A stretch of 63,904 nt of DNA, filler included, from Stramenopiles sp. TOSAG23-2 (Eukaryota), in assembly GCA_900128395.1 (NCBI GenBank). It is 3 parts of 3 records of this genome, joined end to end, with 100 filler letters (N's around TTAATTAATTAA, not from the genome) between each part and the next. Parts side by side here need not be neighbours in the genome. Positions count along the whole stretch, not along the records: positions 44,334 to 63,904 come from LT649577.1; 2 more parts are not named here. One strand, 5' to 3'. A program made the position numbers and the translations under genes. The notes under the pieces were generated by a model. That model ran no database searches, was not told the origin of the DNA, and saw only the letters and a list, made by a program, of their open reading frames with translations. This document shows, piece by piece, positions 45,785-56,496 of this stretch; position 1 is the first letter of the stretch; each line of letters starts with the position of its first letter.

Positions 45785-48700
45785 TTAATCGTTTTTTTTC
45801 ACATTATTTATTTCTCGTGTTTTTGATCTTTTCCCACAACCGAACACATCTTTAACACTTTTAGTGCACCTTTGGCAACGTGTTGGTTTAGGCTTTATAT
45901 CACCCTTTAATCTCTTTCTTGTGATCCACCCCCGATAAATTCTCTGGATGGAAGTAATTGGTTTCAAAAACTCAGGCAATTTTTTTAAGTCTTTGGAAAA
46001 CCTGTAATTCCAAAGAATTTCATCTTTCACATAATATCTGTTACGATCATTACCTTTTTGCCTTTCCGCTTCATCGAGATAGTTTTGACGTTCCTCGGGT
46101 TCTAAATTTTCCCATAACTTATGAATCTTTTGAGTAATTTCTTCTTTAGATAGATTGCTTAACCTAGCTTGTAGCCGCGGCCTTACTTGTTTTTGGTAGT
46201 AAAAAAATGGGGATGGGTCTCTTTCCTGAATAACCGATATTTCCCGTATTTTTCTTTTTATATTTGATTTCAAAACTTTTGGATATTTCAGCTTGAACGG
46301 CTCTACAATATCTAATAAATTGATAGTCATATGAGTTAAATTGATTAAATAATACATTTGCTCATGTGAGACTTTTTGATTTGCATACCGATTTTTTATT
46401 TGTTCGTTTAAATGTTTCCATGATCGAGCTGGGGGCCTCCTTCTAATAAGTCGGCGCAAAAGCCTTGCATTGGTACGACCTTTTTTAATACTTAAACATG
46501 CACAACAAAATACGAAGTTCATTAGCATGATAAACAAAAATAAAAATGTGTTCATTACCATTATGGAACCATTTTGCTCAAACACAAAATCAGCCCATTT
46601 TGATCCAGACCAACTATGGCCGATACCAACTGCATTTTGATATAGGGTAAAGAATTGTGAATCGTAACCCGCAGGAATTATTTTCATATACCAGGTGCGG
46701 CCATAGGCCTCAAATATGGCCTTGCTAAAACTTTGGATGAAAAGATATGGTATAAACTCTTCAACTAACTTTAAGCCAAATGGAATTTGTGGAAAACCGG
46801 CGAATATAGCATAACATGTGACTATTTGGAAAACGATTGTTGCGAGTAAGAACATATCGATATGCTCCACACCAAAAACTCGTTGACATTGACGCGCACA
46901 TCTCAACCATAAAATGCAGGAAAGTTGAACTAATATTGAAAATGATATTGATAGGAAAAAAATCATGTTTTTATCAAAATCAAACTCAGTGCTTAAGTAA
47001 ATTTTCCAACAAAATGTAAATGTATTTATGCAAAAAAAACCTACAAATAGAAGCATTAATCCCTTTCCAGTCTCTTGTATTAATTTTCGCTCTTTCGGTC
47101 TTATCAATATTTGAAAATACTTATGAAGAGAAAATAAAGGCCATGAAATTGGAGGGACAATGTTGGACCAGATGGGCATTTTCTTGCATTTATGTCCCCA
47201 TCTACACCAAGAAAACAGGAAAATTACCAAAGTATTTAAGCCGATAAATCCACCGCATGCAAATACGATTCTGCTCATTACGCCTATCCCTGGGTGAAAT
47301 ACATTAAATCTAAAATAAAATGGGAATACATACTCATAACTACTGGCCTCCCAAATTATATAGAATAAAGAAGCTACCAATCCTAGTGTGCCTGTGATGT
47401 AGGCAATTACAAGGGAATAATTTGACATCAAATCTACTTGTGATTGTTGAAACGTATTGAATGGAATAATGTCGCTCTCATATCCAAGCAACGTCAATTT
47501 TTCTTGTGCAATTTTATCCGATTGTACCAGACGTGCGAATAACGCATTGTAATATATTGCTGCTAAACCAAGACCGGAAACTGTCGCAATTGTTGCAACT
47601 CCTGCATACTCGTATTGTTTTGGTGTTGTCCAAAAGAAGAAGCTCATTAGAGCCAAAGATGCTAGAGAGGAAGATATAGACATGCCAATTTTTCTCATGC
47701 AACAATAGTCACCAATTCCTCCAAATAAAATTGTAATTACCAAGTGAACCAAAAATGCAACAAAAAAAACATGTTGTGGAAAATCGCGGGCCTTAATTCG
47801 CCAAATCAAAAATTTTACTTCGTGTGCACAAACTGTTTTATTTACGCGTAAAGTGAATTGGTATTTTAGACCGTGGGTATCCTTTTGGAATAACTCAAGG
47901 TCAAAAGTCTGTGGTGGCTCAATTAGTTTTGGTGGAAAACAAATAAACCAATTATAGGCAGCATACGTAGCATTTGTACAATTATGGCCAGAATGATTAG
48001 AAAACAAGGATACGTTGTTTGAATTTACAATGTTATGATTGGTTGCATTAGTCATGTTGTCTCTATTTATAGCATGTGTGTGATTCGTAGTATTTCCATA
48101 TATTGTAACATTGGTAGCATTTGTCAGATTATCGTTACGTTCAGTTTTTGTTAAGATCTCAACAGTTATAGACGTCGAACCGGTGCGAAAAGGCAATGGG
48201 GTAATTTCCATATAAAATAAACCAAATCTGCTTCTCGTGACTATAATATTTTCATCTGGGACTAATTTGTGGTTCGTCGAAGTTACGCTAACGTTTATCT
48301 CAACATGAGATAAATTCAATGCATACGGAAATGATATATTGTCTTCACGCCAAGCTTCCATTCCACTGGTATCTGAATAATTACGAGGTTCACTAATTGA
48401 AAATATAGCTTCTGGAGTGCAATTCATAACCGTGTTACAAGGGTGTGAATTATTGTAGATGACAAATTCTAATTCTAAAGTCGCATGCTCGTCCGTATCA
48501 TACACAGTAGAATTAAAAGTAACATTTTGTTGCACTGTCAACGCATACGTCGCGTTTAGCTTTTTTGCAGTATCGCTACAAGTATAATTTACCAAATTGT
48601 TGTTTTCTCTTACTGAGCTCTCATTCATATCAGGCCATTGCATCCAATATGAGTAATTTATGTCATATATTTCCCCTAATTCTGTCCAATTCAAAAATGG

Positions 48701-49933
48701 ATTAATTTTACATGTAGTGCTTTCGTTTAAATGTCCATCATGTTCAACGTAATTGTATCCATTACTTAATGTTAATATTGGGAAATAATGTGCAATAATA
48801 TCATCTGTCAAATTTTTCATGTATATGTATGACATATCCAAAGCTGTAATAACATCTAAGGAATTATTTGCAGTAGAAGCTAGAAGAGGAACAGGGCGAA
48901 TGCAGGTAAAGCATGGTAGTATTGACGAGACATTTGACGTGTTATTGGTCCTATTTAGTGGGTAAGTTGCATTTATTATATTTATGCCAGGCAATTGCAT
49001 CAATACATTCCCAGTGACGTTTGTAGTGTTAGATAAATTCATCTTTGATATTTCCGTTGCTTTTATACACAAATTTTTCGTTAAGTTGGCCATAGATTTT
49101 TTTATTGTGTTTTTTTCTTTCATACTTTTTATAACTGGTTCCAGTTGTTCTAACCTCGTAACAATTTTAGTCTCTGTAATGTCGAATTGAGTCATTCCTG
49201 TTGTTGTAGATGCATCTGTTGTTTTTGTTGTAACATTTGGCATTGGAAATATTGTCGTTGCTGTTGGCGATGTTGTGGTGATTATCGGTGGTGCTGTAGC
49301 GGTCGTAGTGGTTGTCATTGTTTGGAAAGAACCATCTCCTTCTTTATTGATATTGAAAAAATTTAATAGTGTTTTACCGTGCATATTGTAAAAATTTGGA
49401 TATTTTGCTCGACTAACATATTCTTCAAAAATTGTCATGTTGGCAAAACTACTTCCCAGTAAAGCTGAATCCATTAAAAAAAAGTTACATGATTTCTTTG
49501 TTCCTCTTGTAGGTAATGCTTCATATGGGCACGCATGGGAGATAGCCAATTCACGAAGCAAAAGTGGTATGAAAAATCCTATTGCTACTGCATATATCAA
49601 CCCGAATGCAGTACTATACGCATACCAGGAGAGCAATTCATATCTACGAGTTCTATTTTTCAATAGAAATTTCTCTTGATTTGTCTTTGCCAACGATATT
49701 TTGTCATGCCCTTCGTTTGATCGGTTAAATAGTGTGGTTGTAAGTCTTGCAACCCGTTTTTCATCTTTCAATTCCAAAGTTACAAGGTTTTCCTCGTCAA
49801 ACAACTCAATATCTTCGTCATCGAAAAAAGGGTCTTCTATTTTTGAAAACTTAGGCTCATCTTTTAATTCCAAAACTTTCTTTTCCTCGTCACCAGTATT
49901 GTTATATACAAATGGTTGTATTTTACTGCTCAT
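45785..49933 (-). CDS. Atg22/UMF1-like MFS transporter with a large N-glycosylated luminal insert and C-terminal HMG-box and IQ motif
   Basis: TM1 ELLSWYAY...FIPLLLRELA; GGIGDY..RK; YYNAL; RTWYMKIIPAGYDSQFFTLY; many NxS/T sequons in the insert; HMG PSPFFYYQKQVRP...ITQKIHKLWENLEPEERQNYLDEA; IQ IQRIYRGWITRK. Confidence 0.78.
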   Translation of the reverse strand: MSSKIQPFVYNNTGDEEKKVLELKDEPKFSKIEDPFFDDEDIELFDEENLVTLELKDEKRVARLTTTLFNRSNEGHDKISLAKTNQEKFLLKNRTRRYELLSWYAYSTAFGLIYAVAIGFFIPLLLRELAISHACPYEALPTRGTKKSCNFFLMDSALLGSSFANMTIFEEYVSRAKYPNFYNMHGKTLLNFFNINKEGDGSFQTMTTTTTATAPPIITTTSPTATTIFPMPNVTTKTTDASTTTGMTQFDITETKIVTRLEQLEPVIKSMKEKNTIKKSMANLTKNLCIKATEISKMNLSNTTNVTGNVLMQLPGINIINATYPLNRTNNTSNVSSILPCFTCIRPVPLLASTANNSLDVITALDMSYIYMKNLTDDIIAHYFPILTLSNGYNYVEHDGHLNESTTCKINPFLNWTELGEIYDINYSYWMQWPDMNESSVRENNNLVNYTCSDTAKKLNATYALTVQQNVTFNSTVYDTDEHATLELEFVIYNNSHPCNTVMNCTPEAIFSISEPRNYSDTSGMEAWREDNISFPYALNLSHVEINVSVTSTNHKLVPDENIIVTRSRFGLFYMEITPLPFRTGSTSITVEILTKTERNDNLTNATNVTIYGNTTNHTHAINRDNMTNATNHNIVNSNNVSLFSNHSGHNCTNATYAAYNWFICFPPKLIEPPQTFDLELFQKDTHGLKYQFTLRVNKTVCAHEVKFLIWRIKARDFPQHVFFVAFLVHLVITILFGGIGDYCCMRKIGMSISSSLASLALMSFFFWTTPKQYEYAGVATIATVSGLGLAAIYYNALFARLVQSDKIAQEKLTLLGYESDIIPFNTFQQSQVDLMSNYSLVIAYITGTLGLVASLFYIIWEASSYEYVFPFYFRFNVFHPGIGVMSRIVFACGGFIGLNTLVIFLFSWCRWGHKCKKMPIWSNIVPPISWPLFSLHKYFQILIRPKERKLIQETGKGLMLLFVGFFCINTFTFCWKIYLSTEFDFDKNMIFFLSISFSILVQLSCILWLRCARQCQRVFGVEHIDMFLLATIVFQIVTCYAIFAGFPQIPFGLKLVEEFIPYLFIQSFSKAIFEAYGRTWYMKIIPAGYDSQFFTLYQNAVGIGHSWSGSKWADFVFEQNGSIMVMNTFLFLFIMLMNFVFCCACLSIKKGRTNARLLRRLIRRRPPARSWKHLNEQIKNRYANQKVSHEQMYYLINLTHMTINLLDIVEPFKLKYPKVLKSNIKRKIREISVIQERDPSPFFYYQKQVRPRLQARLSNLSKEEITQKIHKLWENLEPEERQNYLDEAERQKGNDRNRYYVKDEILWNYRFSKDLKKLPEFLKPITSIQRIYRGWITRKRLKGDIKPKPTRCQRCTKSVKDVFGCGKRSKTREINNVKKND

Positions 49934-50713
49934 GGTTTACCTATCCCTCTGTGATGACTGGCATATTGTAAGACCGCATAACTTGTAAAAGAGTAAGCAT
50001 ATTGTATTTTCTAGCTTGATGCATTTACTAACAATACAATTATTCAATTGCAATAATTTTACAATCTAGAACCTAGTCTGGTAGTAATAAACTATACATA
50101 ATAATAATAAATAATGACTAACCTCTTCTCTGGACTAACTCTATAATAATACCATTACTGATGGGCCAGTAGTGGGCTAAAAAATGCTGAATACAGCCTT
50201 TTTTTATTTATTATTATTATTATTATTTTATTTTTTTCGAAAAAAATAAAATAATAATACATACGCACATACCAGAATAGCGTGCAATAGTGCAATTATT
50301 TAAATTTAAAAAAAAAACAGTACAGGAGGAGGTAAAGGAACAACACAAAACATACAAACTAAAACTAAAACCCTTAATTTAAAATAGCTATAAATTAGAA
50401 TTATTGCAGGAAATTGCACCTCTATCCTCTACGCACTTGCCACACTATCACACTATACACTATATAGCTTACTATACAGTATACTAACACATCACTACCA
50501 GGACTACTACCTGTGTGGTATCACACCATCACACCTTTTAGCTTATTATATACACGATATGCACAACATAATAATATTATTATAGATTTTTATTAAAATA
50601 TAGATATATTTGTTATTTGATAAATCTAGAATAAAGTGGTTCAGGGAAAAATACATATAGCGAGAAGAACGTAAATTATGCACATTTAAATCAAAAGTAA
50701 TATATAGAATTAC

Positions 50714-52594
50714 ATGATGGAGAAAAACGAAGATAAACATAGTGAGGATTTTTTAGGGAGATATTTTCATTTTGAAAAAGAACATATAGATGCTTGTGAA
50801 GCAGAACGAGTTAATATATTAGTCTATAACGTAACACATATTGATGTTTATTTTGGTATTCGATGTAGTTCGAACAAGAATACTATATTGGCTCGTGCTA
50901 CATTTAGTAAGTTTTTTGAAACAACTCGAGCAGTTTTAAATACTATAGTAAAGGCGAAAGCAAGCGGTACTCTGAATCCTATAAAAATGATGTCGAAAGA
51001 AGGAGAGGAAAGGCTTATTGGTTTTGATTTATCTGCTACCCCCGTATGTAGCAACGGTTGGGATGATTTTCGTTTGCGTAAGACACCTACCGATGAAGAA
51101 AATTATATGAAGAAGATGCCTGAAATCGTAGCGGTATATTTCCCGCTTGTTGCTGTAATGCTTCCTGTTTGGTTAAAATTGCTAAATTTACCAAATAAAA
51201 TGTTGTTTCCAAAAGGAAATGGTGATAGCAGCGATAGTGGTGGTGACGATGGCAATAGTAACAATAGTAATGGCAGTAGCCAGCAAAATAATAATAATAA
51301 ACGTAAAGCAAATATTAATGATGGGGGCAATAATGCTAAGATAAGAGTTGTGAGTTCAAATAACAATTCAGCATCTTTGTCTCAGAAGAAAGATAGAATT
51401 GAAAATAATGACAAAATTCGATTGTCGATATCATCGCCAACGATAACGCGTAGTAATAATAATGATAATAAATACAGCATTAGTAGTGGTAAAGGAAAAA
51501 GTGCAACATTTTCAAGTGGAAGTATTTTCACAACTACTGCAACATCGCCTCGCCGTTTACGGGATACTACTTCAACACCATCAGAAAAAATTTATACTGT
51601 CATTTATATGACAAGTGGAAGTGGCAGTCCACGAAACCAATCACATTCACATACTGGTAACAGCACCTTAGAGGCCTCAAAAATGCTTGGTATATTTATG
51701 CAGTCTATGTTTCCATTTGTTCATCCTGTTTCTGTTCACTCCGGTTCTGGAGTTTATCGTTGTACACATAATGTAACTTTTGTCAATACCATTTTGCGTC
51801 CGAAAATAGATCAGCATCGACAAGCCTTGTCAAGGCGATATGGTGGAGACTGGCACTATAATATGAAAATTGCCGTGGCGTTAACAGATGGTACACCTGC
51901 TCGTTTAGCAGCTATTACTGCATCGCTACGTAACTACCGGCCAATTTTTCTGCACATGTGGCAATTAAAATCTTTTTGGTATTCACGCCTTGTAAGCGAT
52001 TCTGATGTCGATACGCAAACATTTGAGGATTGGGAAACCAGGCCAGCCGTTGGAATGTCTCAACTAACTTCAACATTAAGTTCGCTTGTAAAGTCTATGG
52101 TCGATTATAAGAAAAAATTTGAAACTGCTAGTCATGGTAGTCCAGGTTCCCATGAATTGGATACTTTCTGGCTACGAAAATCTAGAAAACCGGTGTTATC
52201 TGTTTTAATGCTAAAAAATAACAATGGTAATGATGATGGAGATCAGAAGAATAGCACCGATACAAATTCAAAAACTTCGCATGAATATAAATTTATTTAT
52301 GGTATTAATTCTGAAGTTTCGATGCCAACTGGTTCATTGTGCAGTGAAAGAAACGCAATTGGTCATGCATTAGCATCAAATCCATGTTTGAAACGGTCTG
52401 ATTTAGTTGCAATTGCTGTTTTAAGCGTGTGCCTTCGAAAGAATGATTCAAATCATTTAAATCCACTATCACCGTGCGGCGCATGCTTAGAGTGGTTAAA
52501 AAAAATTGCTGAATACAATCCTGATTTCAAGGTTGTCATGTTTGGTGATACAGAGTGTAAATCAGTTTTTGTTCGAAGTGTCCATGGGTTATAA
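50714..52594 (+). CDS. Cytidine deaminase-like zinc protein with a long N-terminal extension
   Basis: C-terminal GINSEVSMPTGSLCSERNAI ... LSPCGACLEWL (C-x-E plus PCxxC zinc site). Confidence 0.82.
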   Translation: MMEKNEDKHSEDFLGRYFHFEKEHIDACEAERVNILVYNVTHIDVYFGIRCSSNKNTILARATFSKFFETTRAVLNTIVKAKASGTLNPIKMMSKEGEERLIGFDLSATPVCSNGWDDFRLRKTPTDEENYMKKMPEIVAVYFPLVAVMLPVWLKLLNLPNKMLFPKGNGDSSDSGGDDGNSNNSNGSSQQNNNNKRKANINDGGNNAKIRVVSSNNNSASLSQKKDRIENNDKIRLSISSPTITRSNNNDNKYSISSGKGKSATFSSGSIFTTTATSPRRLRDTTSTPSEKIYTVIYMTSGSGSPRNQSHSHTGNSTLEASKMLGIFMQSMFPFVHPVSVHSGSGVYRCTHNVTFVNTILRPKIDQHRQALSRRYGGDWHYNMKIAVALTDGTPARLAAITASLRNYRPIFLHMWQLKSFWYSRLVSDSDVDTQTFEDWETRPAVGMSQLTSTLSSLVKSMVDYKKKFETASHGSPGSHELDTFWLRKSRKPVLSVLMLKNNNGNDDGDQKNSTDTNSKTSHEYKFIYGINSEVSMPTGSLCSERNAIGHALASNPCLKRSDLVAIAVLSVCLRKNDSNHLNPLSPCGACLEWLKKIAEYNPDFKVVMFGDTECKSVFVRSVHGL

Positions 52595-52805
52595 TACGCT
52601 GCATGATTGTGATATATATGTATTATATTAAGGGTGGGCGGGTGTATTAACGTTCGCAAATTCCGATGGAAAAGACATATAAGAATTTTGAATATTCATA
52701 CTTCACGCCTACGATTCCGTCAATAAATATATACGTTCGTATATATGATATGCATATATATATTTATATATTTATAAATGATGTTTAAAATCTAAGGGAA
52801 ACTAT

Positions 52806-52900
52806 GGACCGTTAACAACACTCTCATCGAGTGTGTCGTGCTAGGTCGGGGGCTACTTTTACTTGTAGAGTATTAGCTTGCCCGCTTGCGGCGGGGCATC
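52806..52900 (+). ncRNA. Candidate small structured element (three consecutive hairpins), family unknown
   Basis: GC-rich island in AT-rich intergenic DNA: GACC/GGTC enclosing ACACTC/GAGTGT; GGGCTA/TAGCTT; GCCCGC/GCGGGGC. Confidence 0.35.
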
Positions 52901-53484
52901 AGAGTTTTATTATTAGTAGGATTGATTCCATTTTCTTAATATGATAGATTGATTATTGAGCATAATATTCGTCAGAGATAATAAAAAATCAAAGATTATT
53001 TAACACACTTTTTAAAGATTTTTAAAAATAAGAAAGCATCTCAATAATATCTCTCAAGATATATTTTTAATAAAAAATAAAAAAATATACGAAAAAGTAT
53101 TTGTGAATAAAATGTACGAGTACACGAAAGTAAATTATGAGATGCATATTTAAACTAAAATTATATTTTATTTTCAATATATATATATAGTATATATAAA
53201 AAATATGATACGTAGCCACCGTATTTTAAATTTCTTAAAATGCATTTTATAGACCACACAAATAGTGCACTGGAAAAAAAAACTCATCAAAAAAACAACT
53301 TTTAAAAGATCATATGATATTTTAAAATAAAAAAATAAATATATTATGATAATATAAACGAATATATTTAAAAGTAAGACACAAATACGAAGCTCGTATA
53401 TCTGTATGCAAATCATCATATTATATATCATAAATATATGTATTGATGCGCATTTTGTTATGTTTTCTGATAATTCAGTTCTGA

Positions 53485-53817
53485 TTAATAGCCAATAGTT
53501 GATGAAACTCTCCATAAAGCGTTACCCACATCGATATAACCACGAAAATGTTTACCAACATTTATCGAACCATTTGGTGCAATTGTTAAATTTACAGGTA
53601 TGAATGCGTTATTTACATAAAATTTAGAGACGTGTATATTTTTCAACGATTTATTTTGCAAAGAAAATACGACTAAAGTTGATACCGCTACATTGTCATC
53701 GCTTTCTGCTATTGTTTTACATTTTACTGCCGTGTGTATATCGTTCGCGTTTGAGGTTGGTGATAAAAGTAAGTCATTATCATTTTCAACAAATAATGTT
53801 TCTTCTGCTAGCACCAT
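53485..53817 (-). CDS. Hypothetical 110-aa protein (orphan)
   Basis: ATG-initiated, protein-like composition with beta-strand patterning, AT-rich flanks; no family recognised. Confidence 0.55.
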   Translation of the reverse strand: MVLAEETLFVENDNDLLLSPTSNANDIHTAVKCKTIAESDDNVAVSTLVVFSLQNKSLKNIHVSKFYVNNAFIPVNLTIAPNGSINVGKHFRGYIDVGNALWRVSSTIGY

Positions 53818-54055
53818 TTCTCTTTGATTCCAAATTAATGTATATGTACGTGTGTATCGTGTAAATGTTGTTTTTTATTTTTATTAATGCTATGTACTAG
53901 AATGAGAGATCTTTCTTGGCCTTTTTTTAGATTGTCTATATGAATCAATATCTAATCTATATACTCTTTCCAATATTATTTGTACTATCATAACGATCTT
54001 GTGTGAATTGATGTTTTTCGTCATTATTATTATTGAATTTTTATCATCTGGTCAT

Positions 54056-54290
54056 CATGCACTCATGCCGCGGGCATGTGTTGTGGTGTAGACGACTTCC
54101 AGGACTTTAACTTCTTCTGTGGCATAAATAATACTACACAGTATAGTCACACTGGCATATTGGCATTCTACTGTCGTCTGGCATACCAGCATACGACGGT
54201 GCACCACAACAAAGGAGCTCCTCTTCTCCTGGTTTGCCAGGTTAAGGTGTGCCAGCCGGGCCAGGTGTGGCACTCAAGCACTCCTCCTGT
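54056..54290 (+). ncRNA. Candidate structured non-coding RNA (about 235 nt), family unknown
   Basis: Compatible helices 54064-69/54073-78, 54079-90/54200-211 (12 bp), 54171-81/54186-99, 54228-32/54237-41, 54249-54/54268-73. G-U pairs favour the + strand. Confidence 0.4.
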
Positions 54291-54768
54291 ATTATACTGT
54301 GCTTGTGTATTATTTTCTTATGTGCCTATTATTTCAATTATTATTCCTTACCTGGTACCGGCATAAAGTTAAAGTCTATGGGGAAAATATTGACTTTTTC
54401 CAATATTTTCGGATATTATAAAATATGTGCTACCTATAAATTGGCATTTTAGAAAAACGAAAAGAATAAATTTACAATAGACCTCTCATGAATCGAATAT
54501 AAAGTATTATTATAGCTACCCAAGGTATTATATCGCTGGCCACAGTATTAATAGTATATATATAGTGTGTACTTCATATACACGATGCATATAAAAAATT
54601 CTCTTATTTATAAGTTAAAGATTTTATTTACTCATAATGCTATATTCACACTATATATGTGTAGTTACCAGAAATAATTAACGATGCATATATCTAAAAA
54701 TATTTAAATATTCATAATAGTTGTTAATTTTATGTCTTTCTACATCATTGTCACAAGTAAAACCCTAT

Positions 54769-55659
54769 TTATTGTGGTAATAATTTGAATTGAAGGCTCG
54801 TCTCATCGTTCCTCATGTTATTTAAATTTATATTTTTTCTATTTGCTATATTTCTATAAAATCTCAATCGTCTTCCATTATTTTGTGTTTCCTCGGCTTT
54901 TGCCTCGGCTTTATCATCTTCAAATCCATTGTCTGCATCCTTTTTTACTCTTTCTGGAGATGGTGGGACAGCTTCTTTTGGCACCGCAAAATTATTTTGG
55001 TTTGGGTTAATTGCGACATAAATCAATATACCTGCAATTGCAGCAACAACAAGGAACAAAAATACCCAAAATAGCTTATCTGTCATTAATCGACGGCGCA
55101 AAACGTTGACTGCTTTACTAGCACGCGTGATTTGGCTATCTATTTCACTTACTTTATTGTTTATACTTCGCAATTTATCTGCATTTTTTTCTAACTCTTC
55201 CATTATTCCTTGTCCATTATCCATTATATTTGCAGCTATGTTAACCATTTTCTTGCCGCCTTCCGCGTTTTCTTTTGCTTGCTTTAATGTTGCATCTGCT
55301 ACTTGTTTTGACGTGACATGAACATCTTCTGTTTTATCACCTAATAGTTCTTTAGAATTGTCGTTTTGTATGACCCAAAGCAGCTGTTCCTTTAACTTCT
55401 TTGCTGTTGCTTTCATCTCTTGAATTTCTTTTTCCGCTTCACGTTTTTCCTGTGCATTTCCCATCAATAGTGTTACGTTCTTCAAGCTTTTGTATATAGC
55501 ACGTTGGCGTTTCCATAAACCATTATTACTATTAAGTTTGCTAATTAGATGTTTTCTTTCCATAGGACTTAAGTCAGTCTCTTTTAACTTTTTATATATG
55601 TTTTCGATATCCATCAATACCCTTTCCATCTCACTATGCCAGTGCACATAGTCAGTCAT
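54769..55659 (-). CDS. Q-SNARE (Qb-type, Vti1/NPSN-like) with TM helix and luminal tail
   Basis: N-terminal helical bundle, SNARE heptads (IMEELEKNADKLRSINNKVSEIDSQITRASKAV..LRRRLMTDK), then TM LFWVFLFLVVAAIAGILIYV. Confidence 0.82.
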   Translation of the reverse strand: MTDYVHWHSEMERVLMDIENIYKKLKETDLSPMERKHLISKLNSNNGLWKRQRAIYKSLKNVTLLMGNAQEKREAEKEIQEMKATAKKLKEQLLWVIQNDNSKELLGDKTEDVHVTSKQVADATLKQAKENAEGGKKMVNIAANIMDNGQGIMEELEKNADKLRSINNKVSEIDSQITRASKAVNVLRRRLMTDKLFWVFLFLVVAAIAGILIYVAINPNQNNFAVPKEAVPPSPERVKKDADNGFEDDKAEAKAEETQNNGRRLRFYRNIANRKNINLNNMRNDETSLQFKLLPQ

Positions 55660-56496
55660 GGTTTTTATTATGCAACAATGCGCCTTATGAAAATGGTAAA
55701 TACTGTCTCTAAGCTAGTAGTGGTGCAATTATTGCAAATACGTTTTAGTTGACTAATTCTAGAACGTTTATAAATATATTGTATGATTTTGTTGTATGCA
55801 TTCCAGGTTTTAAATATATGATAAATATATACAACTACTATAATATATATAAATAATAATAATTATACTACTACTGGAGGACTACCAGAAGACTACCTAT
55901 ACTTATACTACTATAATATAAATAATAAAATATACGATTTAATATTTACTATTATTATACCAGCAGTGCACCAGTTCAGTATTAGTATTGTACAGTACGA
56001 AGTATCAACCAAGATCCAAAATTAAAATAAAAAAATCTCTAGTAAATAGCCTGTCTACTATGTGGTGCCAACACACCAAACAGACAGAGAGGGGGCTGGC
56101 TGGCCGGGCTGGGGCTTAGGCTGATGCTGTGGGCCTGCTGGGCCTGCTGGACTGGAACGCCAGAGTAGTTTTTGTTGTTTATGTTTTATGTTGGAGGATG
56201 ATTCATCATGATGATGATTTTTGTTGTTGGGCACGGTGTGGTTGTTTGAATTTATTATATTTAACATATATATTTGAATTTCAATTGCAAATCATACATC
56301 TCCATAAATTATTTATACAATAGTATTACATACACAGACATAAAAATAATACATATATATTCATGACAGAAGTATTACATTAAGATTATACTTTGTACAA
56401 AAGACAAGTTGATATATTTTTACAACCCATTGTCACCGTCAAATTATAGGATTTGGCAGAATATAAACAGTGACGAAATCAAACATATAGAATAAT

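Noticed and set aside
53909-53935. U2 snRNA 5' end similarity (CTTTCTTGGCCTTTT)
   Set aside because: Lacks the invariant GATCAAGTGTAGTA branch-pairing region and the downstream structure.
54055-54366. Short ORFs 54055-54273 (-) and 54076-54366 (+) as proteins
   Set aside because: No family features and codon usage unlike neighbouring genes; they are a by-product of locally higher GC.
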